From the NCBI RefSeq assembly GCF_000379765.1, contig NZ_KB903448.1:14027-78026 (forward strand): a stretch of DNA of 64,000 nucleotides. Reading direction: 5' to 3'. Within the stretch, counting starts at the first letter, position 1; the number at the start of each line of letters is the position of its first letter. The notes below the pieces were generated by a model. The model was not told the DNA's origin. It did no database searches and saw only the letters and a list, made by a program, of their open reading frames with translations. This DNA comes from Flexithrix dorotheae DSM 6795. GTDB lineage: Bacteria; Bacteroidota; Bacteroidia; Cytophagales; Flammeovirgaceae. Below, in pieces: positions 1-8,860 of the stretch. The position numbers and the translations under genes were made by a program.

Positions 1-292
1 CAATTCAATTATTCCCCTCTTCCCTAACATGGAAATTGGGGCTCATTTACATACTACTCCAACCTCTTCTCTGGAAAAAATAACAGCTGTTTTCAACTCT
101 GGATGCAGGAGAATTGATGGGGCAATCGGAGGAATGGGAGGCTGCCCCATGGCCAAAAATGAATTAGTTGGAAATCTAAATACAATTACCCTTGTTGAAT
201 TTCTAAAAACTATCAATCAGGTCCCTGATATAAATTTTGCGGCTTTCGAAAAAGCGCTATATATAAAATCAAAACTATTTGATAAAAATTGA
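1..292 (+). CDS. Hydroxymethylglutaryl-CoA lyase-like protein, C-terminal fragment (5' end lies outside the window)
   Basis: The translation ends ...HLHTTPTSSLEKI...IDGAIGGMGGCPMAKNELVGNLNTITLVEFL. The G-x-GGCP-x-A...GN..TE.LV pattern matches the C-terminal region of HMG-CoA lyase/DRE-TIM aldolases. The frame is open to position 1, so the listed Met at 29 is internal. Confidence 0.5.
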   Translation, partial: NSIIPLFPNMEIGAHLHTTPTSSLEKITAVFNSGCRRIDGAIGGMGGCPMAKNELVGNLNTITLVEFLKTINQVPDINFAAFEKALYIKSKLFDKN

Positions 293-363
293 GTTTTATT
301 TTGAAATTATAGTATTTTTTTAAACTATTTGTAAAATAAACCCATTTTTTTGACTAGTATTTA

Positions 364-771
364 ATGGAACAAGAACAACCTGAAGTTTTATATCAAAGTA
401 AGTATCTCAGAATTACTAAAAATAAGGATATAATCGAATATCACTGGACCGAAGAAACGGTTAACTTTACCGAAAAAGAATATAAATCTGAACATATGGT
501 AATAGGTGATATCTCTGAAAAGTATAATATCGAGAAACATCTTGTTGATACTTTAAAGTTCAGGTTTATAATTACCCCGGAATATCAGAATTGGATAAAT
601 GATAATCTATTCCCCAGGCTGGTAAAAAGTGGCACCAAAAAATTGGCTTTTGTTGTGCCGGAATACATTTTCCCACAAGTGAGTATTGAGCAAACGATGG
701 AACAGGAAGCAGCCTTCCAAACCCAATATTTCGACAATTTGGAAGCCGGAAGAAAATGGCTTGCTGAATAG
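364..771 (+). CDS. Hypothetical protein (135 aa)
   Basis: Intact ORF with plausible codon usage and no motif I recognise. Confidence 0.4.
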   Translation: MEQEQPEVLYQSKYLRITKNKDIIEYHWTEETVNFTEKEYKSEHMVIGDISEKYNIEKHLVDTLKFRFIITPEYQNWINDNLFPRLVKSGTKKLAFVVPEYIFPQVSIEQTMEQEAAFQTQYFDNLEAGRKWLAE

Positions 772-924
772 CCTAAAGTTAATTTTACAGATTTGCAATA
801 AGCTCTGATTTTCCAACAATTCCTCATTCAGGCGCTAGTCTTTTTGATTGCACCTGCCTATATTTAAAGGCAGGCCACATCTCGTAATTTTCTTCCTGCA
901 ATATCATTTATGCATTGAATACAA

Positions 925-2031
925 ATGAAAAGCTACAACACAAGAAAGTTAATTTATGATAGCCTGACTAATATTATCATTTGGATAATTTTCCTTTTCT
1001 ATTTTATTCTCATCCGGTCATATGGAGTGGAGGAAACCCCTGCATTTGAAAGAACAATGGAATTTAATATATTCAGGGGAATAGCTCAGGCCATTACGGG
1101 AGGGCTAATTATTGGCATACTATTCAGTGTTATAAATCTTGGATTTGAATTTACCAACCTCCGAAAAAAATCTTACCTGGTCATCATTCTTATAGAAACT
1201 TTTTGCCAGTTAATAATTACATTATTAGCCATTTTGGGTATAATATCCGTTACCCGGAATTACCTGCCGGCCGATGAAATAATTGATATTAAAGCCATCA
1301 CAGCCGGAATTATTTTTGGCAAAACCTTTTTCATTTTTTTTAGCTACTCCTTAATTGTAAGTTTATTTATCAACTTCTTTAGATCGGTAAAACAAAAAAT
1401 TGGGCCTCACGTATTCTTCAACCTTCTTTTGGGCAAATACAGAAATCCTATAGAGGAAGAGCGAATATTTTTATTTGTCGATCTGAAATCATCCACTACC
1501 ATAGCCGAAAAGCTTGGACATATTAAGTATAGCAACCTTATAAAAGATTGCTTCAGCGATCTCACCGAAACAATTTTTCAACACCAGATAGAAGTCTATC
1601 AATATGTAGGTGATGAGGCTGTACTTACATGGAAAATGAAGGAAGGATTGAAAAACCATAATTGTATTAAAGCATTTTTCCACTACCAGGATACTTTAAA
1701 TAAAAAATCACAATATTATACCCGAAAATATGGATTGGTACCGGTTTTTAAAGCAGGAGGAAATATCGGAACTGTTACTACTACAGAGGTAGGGGTTATA
1801 AAAAGGGAAATAGCCTATCATAGTGATGTACTAAATACAGCAGCAAGGATTCAGGGAAAATGTAATGAGTATGGGCAAAGCCTGCTTATTTCTGAATCTT
1901 TGAAAGAGAAACTAAAATTGGATAATTCTTATATTTCCAATGAACTTGGGGAAGTATTATTGAGGGGGAAAAATGAAGTAGTAAAAATCTTTAGTGTGGA
2001 GCAAACCTCTTCTACACTTTCTAAAGCATAA
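925..2031 (+). CDS. Membrane-anchored class III adenylate/guanylate cyclase
   Basis: N-terminal ~170 aa is hydrophobic with multiple TM helices. The C-terminal CHD domain carries FLFVDLKSSTTIAE...YVGDEAVLTW...GTVTTTEVG...NTAARIQ. Confidence 0.8.
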   Translation: MKSYNTRKLIYDSLTNIIIWIIFLFYFILIRSYGVEETPAFERTMEFNIFRGIAQAITGGLIIGILFSVINLGFEFTNLRKKSYLVIILIETFCQLIITLLAILGIISVTRNYLPADEIIDIKAITAGIIFGKTFFIFFSYSLIVSLFINFFRSVKQKIGPHVFFNLLLGKYRNPIEEERIFLFVDLKSSTTIAEKLGHIKYSNLIKDCFSDLTETIFQHQIEVYQYVGDEAVLTWKMKEGLKNHNCIKAFFHYQDTLNKKSQYYTRKYGLVPVFKAGGNIGTVTTTEVGVIKREIAYHSDVLNTAARIQGKCNEYGQSLLISESLKEKLKLDNSYISNELGEVLLRGKNEVVKIFSVEQTSSTLSKA

Positions 2032-2096
2032 AAAAGAGCCAATTACTTATATTCATTATTGACTCTTTTTAAAATTAAATTTTTGGCTAATTCGAA

Positions 2097-2723
2097 TTAA
2101 CCAACATTATAAATTTCCATGATTTCACTCAGGATCTTATCAAAATCTATATTAAGATCAATTAGTTTTCCCGAGTGAATATCGAACACCCAGCCATGTA
2201 CTTTTAGATTTCGTTCCTTGAAAGCATTTTGCACTTCCACTGTCTTGATCACATTAACACACTGTTCCTGCACGTTCAGTTCAACCAGTCTTTTGTATCT
2301 GGCTTCTTCATCTGCAATGGCATCCAATTCCTCCTGATGCAATCTGTATACATCACGAATATTTCTCAGCCATGGATTCAAAATACCCAAATCAGCAGAT
2401 TGCATGGCCGCTTTTACACCACCGCAAAAATAATGGCCACAAACCACCACATGATTTACTTTTAAATGCGCAACAGCATAATTGATTACCGACATTGAGC
2501 TTAGATCGGTATTGGGTACCATATTGGCAATATTCCGATGGACAAAGATATCTCCTGGCTGCCCCCCCATTAGGTCTTCAGCTGTAACCCTACTATCAGA
2601 ACATCCAATGTATAAAAATTCCGGGCTTTGACCTTTTGATAAATTTTCAAAATAGTTCTCGTCAATTGAAAGTTTATCAGCAATCCACTTCTTGTTGTTC
2701 TCAAAAATTATTTCTTTGTTCAT
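2097..2723 (-). CDS. Beta-class carbonic anhydrase
   Basis: Zinc-ligand motifs CSDSRV and HYFCGG are present, and overall length and layout match beta-CA (CynT/Can). Confidence 0.85.
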   Translation of the reverse strand: MNKEIIFENNKKWIADKLSIDENYFENLSKGQSPEFLYIGCSDSRVTAEDLMGGQPGDIFVHRNIANMVPNTDLSSMSVINYAVAHLKVNHVVVCGHYFCGGVKAAMQSADLGILNPWLRNIRDVYRLHQEELDAIADEEARYKRLVELNVQEQCVNVIKTVEVQNAFKERNLKVHGWVFDIHSGKLIDLNIDFDKILSEIMEIYNVG

Positions 2724-2885
2724 ATTGGTATAAGTATTCAGATTAAATTGATGAATTTTTTATATTACTCAAAGTAAATTAAACATTTTGAACTTTAAAT
2801 GAAAAACTAAAAGAAATTATTCCTTAATCCAGTTTTTAATTCACCTTAGTTAAGGCTCATAAATTGATTTAAAACTTTAATTCTC

Positions 2886-3518
2886 TTAAGGAATATCATA
2901 ATGAAGATCTCTATCATCATGAGTGAAAAAATAAGCATAATTTGATCTTAGTGCTTTCCATCCAGCTTCAGTACTATACTTTTCATTCATGACATCTTCC
3001 CAAGCAATTCTCATTTGCCTTGCACAAACTATTGGGGGAACTTGCCCTACACCTGCTCCCAAACCAGGTATGGCCATACTTTTCACTTTATTTTTTACTA
3101 ATTCACCATTTTCCAATTTACCGTATTTCCACAAGGTTAAAATGGCTTTCATAGCAAGGTAAACATTTGGAGACCTTAAAATCGTCATTGGAGTCCTCAT
3201 AGTTGGGGCGGAGATAAGATAGGGAAAATCATTATGATTAGTTTCTACAATTAGGGATTGTCCGACTAAAAGTTCTCCAAAGAATTCATTTCTGATTTTT
3301 TGCTGAACCAATTTTTCAATGTGCCAACCAAGGTTCTTGGAAATAGAAAAATCTATTCCACCATTCATATAGCCAAAACTATTTGCCGGGCTAACAATCA
3401 CATCAGAAGGGTGATTAAAAATAGAATCTTTAATTATAGTTACATTTTCAACATCTTTAAAAACTGTTTCCCATGCCTGGGTTAATTTTTCATTAATTCC
3501 AATAAGTTTAAATTCCAT
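2886..3518 (-). CDS. Macro-domain (ADP-ribose binding/processing)-like protein
   Basis: VTIIKDSIFNHPSDVIVSPANSFGYMNGGIDFSIS resembles the macro-domain core (I.GDIT...DaIVNaAN..L.gGGGVdgAI). Specificity is unknown. Confidence 0.45.
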   Translation of the reverse strand: MEFKLIGINEKLTQAWETVFKDVENVTIIKDSIFNHPSDVIVSPANSFGYMNGGIDFSISKNLGWHIEKLVQQKIRNEFFGELLVGQSLIVETNHNDFPYLISAPTMRTPMTILRSPNVYLAMKAILTLWKYGKLENGELVKNKVKSMAIPGLGAGVGQVPPIVCARQMRIAWEDVMNEKYSTEAGWKALRSNYAYFFTHDDRDLHYDIP

Positions 3519-3551
3519 AAATTTTATTTAGACTCCAAACTTAAATAATTG

Positions 3552-4427
3552 TCATTTCCCCTCACAGCAATGCTTAAATTTTTTACCACTTTCACATGGG
3601 CAAGGGCTGTTTCTACTGACCTTAATTTTATTTTTCACCAAATTCCTATCATCCATTTCATGATCGAAAATTTCCTCCATTGCCTCATAAAGTGCAGGGT
3701 GTTTTTTAGCCAGGAGTTTTGGCCTTTCAAAAAAATACTCACTGGCTACCGCAAAAAACTCAGCCCTATTGGTACCTCCATATGGATTAATATCAGACTT
3801 TTTCTTATAAATTTCATCAATTTTTTTGTTAATCAAATCCAGCCAGGGAATGGTATATTGCTTTTCCAAAAGCAGGGCAGGAATACCATCCACACTGCCA
3901 TCCAGTTTATCTATCAGGTGTACAAATTCATGGATAGCCGTGTTTTTCTTATCCGTTTCATTCTGAAAACCATGATGTAAGGCCGATTTGGATAAAATCA
4001 TTTTCCCTTCCATATAGCCGGTTCCCACCATGCCCAGAATATTTCTTCCTTCGCCAGAAGTTTCAAAATTTTCATTGAACCGGTCCGGATAAATCAAGAC
4101 TTCTTTTAGGTTGGAATATCGCCAATCGGGGAATCGGAAAACAGGAATAATCGCACTGGCCGCTACTAAAACCTTATCCGCAATATCTATGGAAACTGCA
4201 ATTCCGGTAATTTTACAATTCAGTAAAAATTCCTGAATTTTATTTTCAAACAAAGCCCTTTCTTCTGGTGAAAGTGCATGATAAAAATTGACTTTTTCAA
4301 ATAAAATTATCCTCCACGGGGAAGGGAAAGGATCCTTGGGCAATACCCATTTCTTATCACTCAATATTTTCCTCAGCAAAAAAAATATTCCAACCAATAA
4401 TACCAGGGCAATAATTAAATTTGTCAT
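3552..4427 (-). CDS. MtfA-like (peptidase M90) zinc-dependent peptidase with C-terminal SEC-C motif
   Basis: N-terminal TM or signal segment, HEXXH motif (IHEFVHLID), and C-terminal SPCPCESGKKFKHCC (SEC-C metal-binding motif). Confidence 0.6.
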   Translation of the reverse strand: MTNLIIALVLLVGIFFLLRKILSDKKWVLPKDPFPSPWRIILFEKVNFYHALSPEERALFENKIQEFLLNCKITGIAVSIDIADKVLVAASAIIPVFRFPDWRYSNLKEVLIYPDRFNENFETSGEGRNILGMVGTGYMEGKMILSKSALHHGFQNETDKKNTAIHEFVHLIDKLDGSVDGIPALLLEKQYTIPWLDLINKKIDEIYKKKSDINPYGGTNRAEFFAVASEYFFERPKLLAKKHPALYEAMEEIFDHEMDDRNLVKNKIKVSRNSPCPCESGKKFKHCCEGK

Positions 4428-4450
4428 ATTGAATTATCTAAGCACATGTT

Positions 4451-4882
4451 TTAAACATTTAGTCTTTCTGCATAAGGCACCACTTCCCCAAATTCCAAAT
4501 ACCGTTTGAGCAATCGCAGGTACATGGCCCAGCAAAAGCTGGAAATCCTAAAATGCTCACTTTCCGATTTCCAGTGGGAATTGTAAAACTCCACTTTTGT
4601 TGAACCATTATTTGCTTTTAAACCAAATCCGACTTTGGTTCCAATCCAATCTTTATCTGCTTTGGTAATGGTAAGTTCAAAAATTTCATTTTCCACAAAC
4701 TGGCTTACTTTGGCCTCCCATTGATAACCAGGACCAAAATCGAAGTGATAAATCTCATTTATACTTGGCGTTCCCTTGGTTGACTTCCCCCACCAGATAT
4801 CCAGTCCTTCCGGGGTGGAAATACACTCAAAAACTTTATCTATTGAAGCATTGACTGGAAATTTGTGGAGGATATTGGGCAT
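4451..4882 (-). CDS. SRPBCC/AHSA1-like (Bet v1-fold) protein
   Basis: 143 aa. The N-terminal FPVNASIDKVFECISTPEGLDIWW resembles the Aha1-C/SRPBCC family. It lies 23 bp upstream of the MtfA-like gene on the same strand. Confidence 0.55.
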   Translation of the reverse strand: MPNILHKFPVNASIDKVFECISTPEGLDIWWGKSTKGTPSINEIYHFDFGPGYQWEAKVSQFVENEIFELTITKADKDWIGTKVGFGLKANNGSTKVEFYNSHWKSESEHFRISSFCWAMYLRLLKRYLEFGEVVPYAERLNV

Positions 4883-5017
4883 TTTCTTGAATTTTAGATT
4901 TCCTGAATTTAAAAATAAATCTGATTTTAAAAAAGCCTCTAACTGGTGAGGCTTTTAGGTTTTGAAATTTAAAACCATGTGAGAGTAAAACGCTATAAAA
5001 ATAATTTTCCTAATATT

Positions 5018-5329
5018 TTATACAAATTGCTGTACTAAAAAGAGCAATCCAAATGCACCAAAGATAAATGCCCAATATTGCATTTTAATCCAAAATAAAC
5101 TGTGGTTGGGCTTAAATACAATTTCCTGACCTGTGGCTTTATCAATTACCGTTCTCCCTTCTTTCTCATTCCACTTTTTACCCATAAACCAGCTAAATGC
5201 TCCAGCCAGAAAAAATGCCAACACAAAAGCATAATCACTATATGCAGGTGGGAATAACTTCACACCTAAAACAAAAGATACAATTAACACCAAAACGGAG
5301 AGTATCCCTCTACCTGACCAAACTACCAT
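5018..5329 (-). CDS. Small hypothetical membrane protein
   Basis: 103 aa with 3 predicted hydrophobic helices. Confidence 0.4.
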   Translation of the reverse strand: MVVWSGRGILSVLVLIVSFVLGVKLFPPAYSDYAFVLAFFLAGAFSWFMGKKWNEKEGRTVIDKATGQEIVFKPNHSLFWIKMQYWAFIFGAFGLLFLVQQFV

Positions 5330-5574
5330 GATAGGTTTTATTAATTATTGAGCGTTTACTTCGATTTAAAGTGTCATTCAGCATATTCCCACCAAGTAAA
5401 ACCGGGATTTGGGATAAAATCGGGAAAAAGATTACAGACCATTCGGAATATAAACAATTGAACTAAAATAACCATTTAAAATAACGGCAAATACACCTGT
5501 AGCATTAACCCAAAAATCACATGAAAATTTCAGCATTTAGCTGGATTATTTTTTCAATCACTACCAGAGAATAT

Positions 5575-6039
5575 TTAGTTCATGACTTTCAGGTACTTCT
5601 CAATAATTTTTTGTTCTACTCCCAGTTCTTCAATTTTTTCAATCCCACTTTGGATTAAAGTATCATCCTTAAAAACAATTGTAAAGTCAAATTGATGTCC
5701 CTCCCATTCCCTAAAATTACAATACTCCAGATATTCGGTATACTGATCCCCCACCAGGGTATATGGCCCACCACCCGACACAAACAATGCCGTAGAATCA
5801 ACACCTTTGTTCAGATCGTGATTGAAAAAAGCAAAGTGGGTATTATTGAATACTTTTATCATTTTCTTGCCTTGTCTGTCCACTTCGGTAATCGAGTCTC
5901 CTTTTATGGTGGTATTCGAAATCAATTCCCAGGTGCCAATTAAAGGGTTAGCCATTTCTGTTTCTTCATTTATTTCACTCTTTTGGGAACAACTTATGGC
6001 AGTAATTGCAAACAGAGATACTAAAATTATATATTTCAT
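5575..6039 (-). CDS. Hypothetical lipoprotein
   Basis: Signal peptide with lipobox-like LFAITAISCSQ, and a beta-rich body. Confidence 0.45.
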   Translation of the reverse strand: MKYIILVSLFAITAISCSQKSEINEETEMANPLIGTWELISNTTIKGDSITEVDRQGKKMIKVFNNTHFAFFNHDLNKGVDSTALFVSGGGPYTLVGDQYTEYLEYCNFREWEGHQFDFTIVFKDDTLIQSGIEKIEELGVEQKIIEKYLKVMN

Positions 6040-6269
6040 TTTTTAAGGGCTTTTAAATTTATCCATCAATATTAAGTAATAATTCAAAATTAACCATGTA
6101 CTATTTTGCCATAAAAGACTGATAGAGAGATTACTATTTCTCGGAAATAATAGTACCCAGTATGGAATACCCCGTGTGGAGCACTGGTGCTTAAGAAAAG
6201 AATTTGTGATTTTACTTTGTAACATTGTAACCATATTTTGAACAGACAGCAATAAACATTTAGGCAAGC

Positions 6270-6821
6270 ATGAAAAAACTTTTAGGCTATTTCCTTCAGG
6301 GGATTTTATTCGTCACACCACTTGCAGTTACTATTTACCTTATTTTTTCCACTTTCCATTACCTGGATAATATTTTTAATTTTCCCTATCCCGGAATTGG
6401 CTTATTAGTGATTATAGTTACTATTACTTTGATAGGAGCCATTGGCAGCTATCTGATTCAATTTCCCATGTTCAGGTATTTCGATAGCAAAATCAGGAAA
6501 ATGCCTTTTGTAAAGATCATTTACGTTACCGTAAAGGATTTTGTGGATGCCTTTCTGGGACAGAAAAGAGGATTTAAGCGACCGGTTTTGGTTAAACTCT
6601 ACGAAAATTCCGAGATCAGAAGGCTGGGCTTTATTACGGATGATGCCCACCACTTACTCAAAACCCCAACTGATTATATTACCGTTTATATTCCCCATTC
6701 TTTTGCCATTTCCGGGCAACTCTACCTTATGCCTCCAAGCTATATCACAGAAATAAAGGGAAAACCCACAGACATTTTAAAATACATTATTGCTGGTGGT
6801 ATAGCTAAGGTGGAGGAGTGA
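6270..6821 (+). CDS. DUF502-family membrane protein
   Basis: N-terminal GxLxxxPLAVTIYLI signature followed by a second TM, consistent with the DUF502 layout. Called from memory of the family. Confidence 0.5.
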   Translation: MKKLLGYFLQGILFVTPLAVTIYLIFSTFHYLDNIFNFPYPGIGLLVIIVTITLIGAIGSYLIQFPMFRYFDSKIRKMPFVKIIYVTVKDFVDAFLGQKRGFKRPVLVKLYENSEIRRLGFITDDAHHLLKTPTDYITVYIPHSFAISGQLYLMPPSYITEIKGKPTDILKYIIAGGIAKVEE

Positions 6822-6823
6822 GA

Positions 6824-7807
6824 TTATAGTTTAGAGCAAAATTCCGCTTTATTTGAATTTTTGAATATTTCTTTTGTTTCTTGAAAGTAAAAATAAACAG
6901 AAAAAAACATTATAATTACAATAAGGATAAGTGAATTAAGTCTGTATTTTTTGCAAAAAGCAAAAAGAAAGGAGATAATTCCAATGGGAAGCAAAATGTA
7001 GATCAATTTAGATTCAGCCTTCGTTAATTTATTCCTCAAGTCTAAATCTATATACATTTTTCCATCAATTGCAATTTGATTAACACTTTTAGAATTAATC
7101 ATACAGTTTCCTTTATTAATATTCTCCAAGCCTTGTTTAGATAAAAAAACTTCAATTTTCCTATTTACAATAGCATCTCTTGTGAATTTTTCCTTGCATA
7201 AAGCATCACAAAAAAAATTTTCAATCCTAAATTGTTTTGCACAACCCTTTATGTTAAAACTATAATACCTTGAATTTTTAGAGGAATGGTATTCAGGTTT
7301 GGAGCTAAGAACTGCGCTTATTTTTATTAAATCCTTAGTCCTAACTATGTCTTCATTTTTGGTAGATTTCCCTACCAAGAAAACAACCATACAAAATGAA
7401 AACCCCATTAAATGACCATAGCTTTGAATTTTTGTATTCCTTCTTACCGATTTACTTATAGATGTTTCCTTCTTTTTCGTCTGCCTATTCTCAATATGTT
7501 CAATTAATCTTTCAAAAAAAAGGTCTATGGAATTATAAATTCTCTCTTTCTCCCATATAAGTTGACTTTCTAATGCATCTTGTTTTAACTGATCAGGTTC
7601 AATAACTCTTTTATATACCCAAATTTCCCAAAGAGGGGAAAATGCAAACCTCCACAAATATGAAATTCCAATAGAAAGAAATAAGATAAGAAGAGTATTT
7701 CCCTTAAGGAAAAATCCAAAAATTAATATTAAAGGTAAAGGTAAAAATACTGGAATCACTTTTAAAAAAAACTCCCCCCAAAAAAGAGCTTTATCCTTAT
7801 CAATCAT
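6824..7807 (-). CDS. Hypothetical membrane protein (AT-rich, compositionally atypical)
   Basis: 327 aa, with two TMs at the N-terminus and one near the C-terminus. Very Lys/Asn/Ile rich, and the DNA is visibly more AT-rich than its neighbours. Confidence 0.4.
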   Translation of the reverse strand: MIDKDKALFWGEFFLKVIPVFLPLPLILIFGFFLKGNTLLILFLSIGISYLWRFAFSPLWEIWVYKRVIEPDQLKQDALESQLIWEKERIYNSIDLFFERLIEHIENRQTKKKETSISKSVRRNTKIQSYGHLMGFSFCMVVFLVGKSTKNEDIVRTKDLIKISAVLSSKPEYHSSKNSRYYSFNIKGCAKQFRIENFFCDALCKEKFTRDAIVNRKIEVFLSKQGLENINKGNCMINSKSVNQIAIDGKMYIDLDLRNKLTKAESKLIYILLPIGIISFLFAFCKKYRLNSLILIVIIMFFSVYFYFQETKEIFKNSNKAEFCSKL

Positions 7808-7877
7808 CAGAAGATTATCTCAAATAAAAAATTTTAATATATCTCAATTGCCTTATTTTGGATGGAAAAAAGCATAC

Positions 7878-8660
7878 TCACCCCTTCACCAACCGAAATC
7901 CCAGAGTCTTTAATCTGGTAGAAGGTTCTCTTGCATTCCGGTCCCGAATTCTTACGCTACTTGACCGGTTCCCAAAAGTTCCTCCTCTTAGTACTCTGGA
8001 ATCAAAAGATTTTCCTAAAGTATCACAAGGATACGGATTTTTGAAATTACTACACCATTCCCAAATATTTCCACTCATATCGAAAATACCCAATTCATTA
8101 GGTTTTAACATGCCAACTTGTTGAGATTTCCCTCCTGAGTTTTCCCTAAACCAGGCTACTTTTTCAACCTCATTACTTCCAGCATAAATAAACCCCTGAC
8201 TCTTTAATCCTCCCCGGGCGGCAAACTCCCATTCTTCTTCTGTGGGTAATCTATAATTTCCCCCGGTTTTAAAATTCAGTTTTTTAATAAACTTCTGAAC
8301 ATCTACCCAGGAAACCTGCTCCACAGGGCAATCATCACAATCCTGATTGTAACCTGGTGTAGTACCCATTATTTCCTCCCAATCCAGTTGGGTTACCTCA
8401 TATTTCCCAATAGAAAAATCATGAACAATAACAAGGTGGGGGCATTCATCGGCCATTCTGAGTGCCGGTTTTCCACCATCATCTACCTGATCATTCCCTC
8501 CCATCAGGTATTCCCCTCCATTCACAAAAACCATCTCCAAGCCCGATTTTCTTTCTTCTGATTCAACTGAAACTTTTTCCTCTCTCATTGCAGAGAAAAA
8601 TTGAATTAAGATTAAAAACCAATAAGCTGTTTTGAATGCCATAATTTCAAAGGTAAGCAA
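7878..8660 (-). CDS. FGE-sulfatase (SUMF1/formylglycine-generating enzyme) family protein, secreted
   Basis: Signal peptide. Motifs VFVNGGEYLMGGND, WEWCSNF, RVLRGGTFGNRSS and RLKTLGFRLV are typical of the FGE-sulfatase domain. Confidence 0.75.
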   Translation of the reverse strand: MLTFEIMAFKTAYWFLILIQFFSAMREEKVSVESEERKSGLEMVFVNGGEYLMGGNDQVDDGGKPALRMADECPHLVIVHDFSIGKYEVTQLDWEEIMGTTPGYNQDCDDCPVEQVSWVDVQKFIKKLNFKTGGNYRLPTEEEWEFAARGGLKSQGFIYAGSNEVEKVAWFRENSGGKSQQVGMLKPNELGIFDMSGNIWEWCSNFKNPYPCDTLGKSFDSRVLRGGTFGNRSSSVRIRDRNAREPSTRLKTLGFRLVKG

Positions 8661-8860
8661 TTCAAAGAATGTATTTCTTCACATTTTTTTCAGCAAAAAA
8701 CCAATGTGTGTTCCTCTAAAATTGTAATTCATCCTGTTTCAGGTATTTTTTTTCTCATTCTTTCCTTTAATCCCCTTCAATTCAATAAACTTGTGAAATT
8801 ATTTAGCGATACGGAGCCATTGCCCCTGCTGAATAGAAAACACTATCATAAAATTTTTCC

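Noticed and set aside
6043-6267. 74-aa minus-strand ORF and a tactatttc-tcg-gaaataatagta hairpin in the 6040-6270 intergenic region
   Set aside because: The ORF has odd composition with no start context. The hairpin is imperfect and AT-rich, and it lies upstream of the DUF502 gene, so it is not positioned as a terminator for it.
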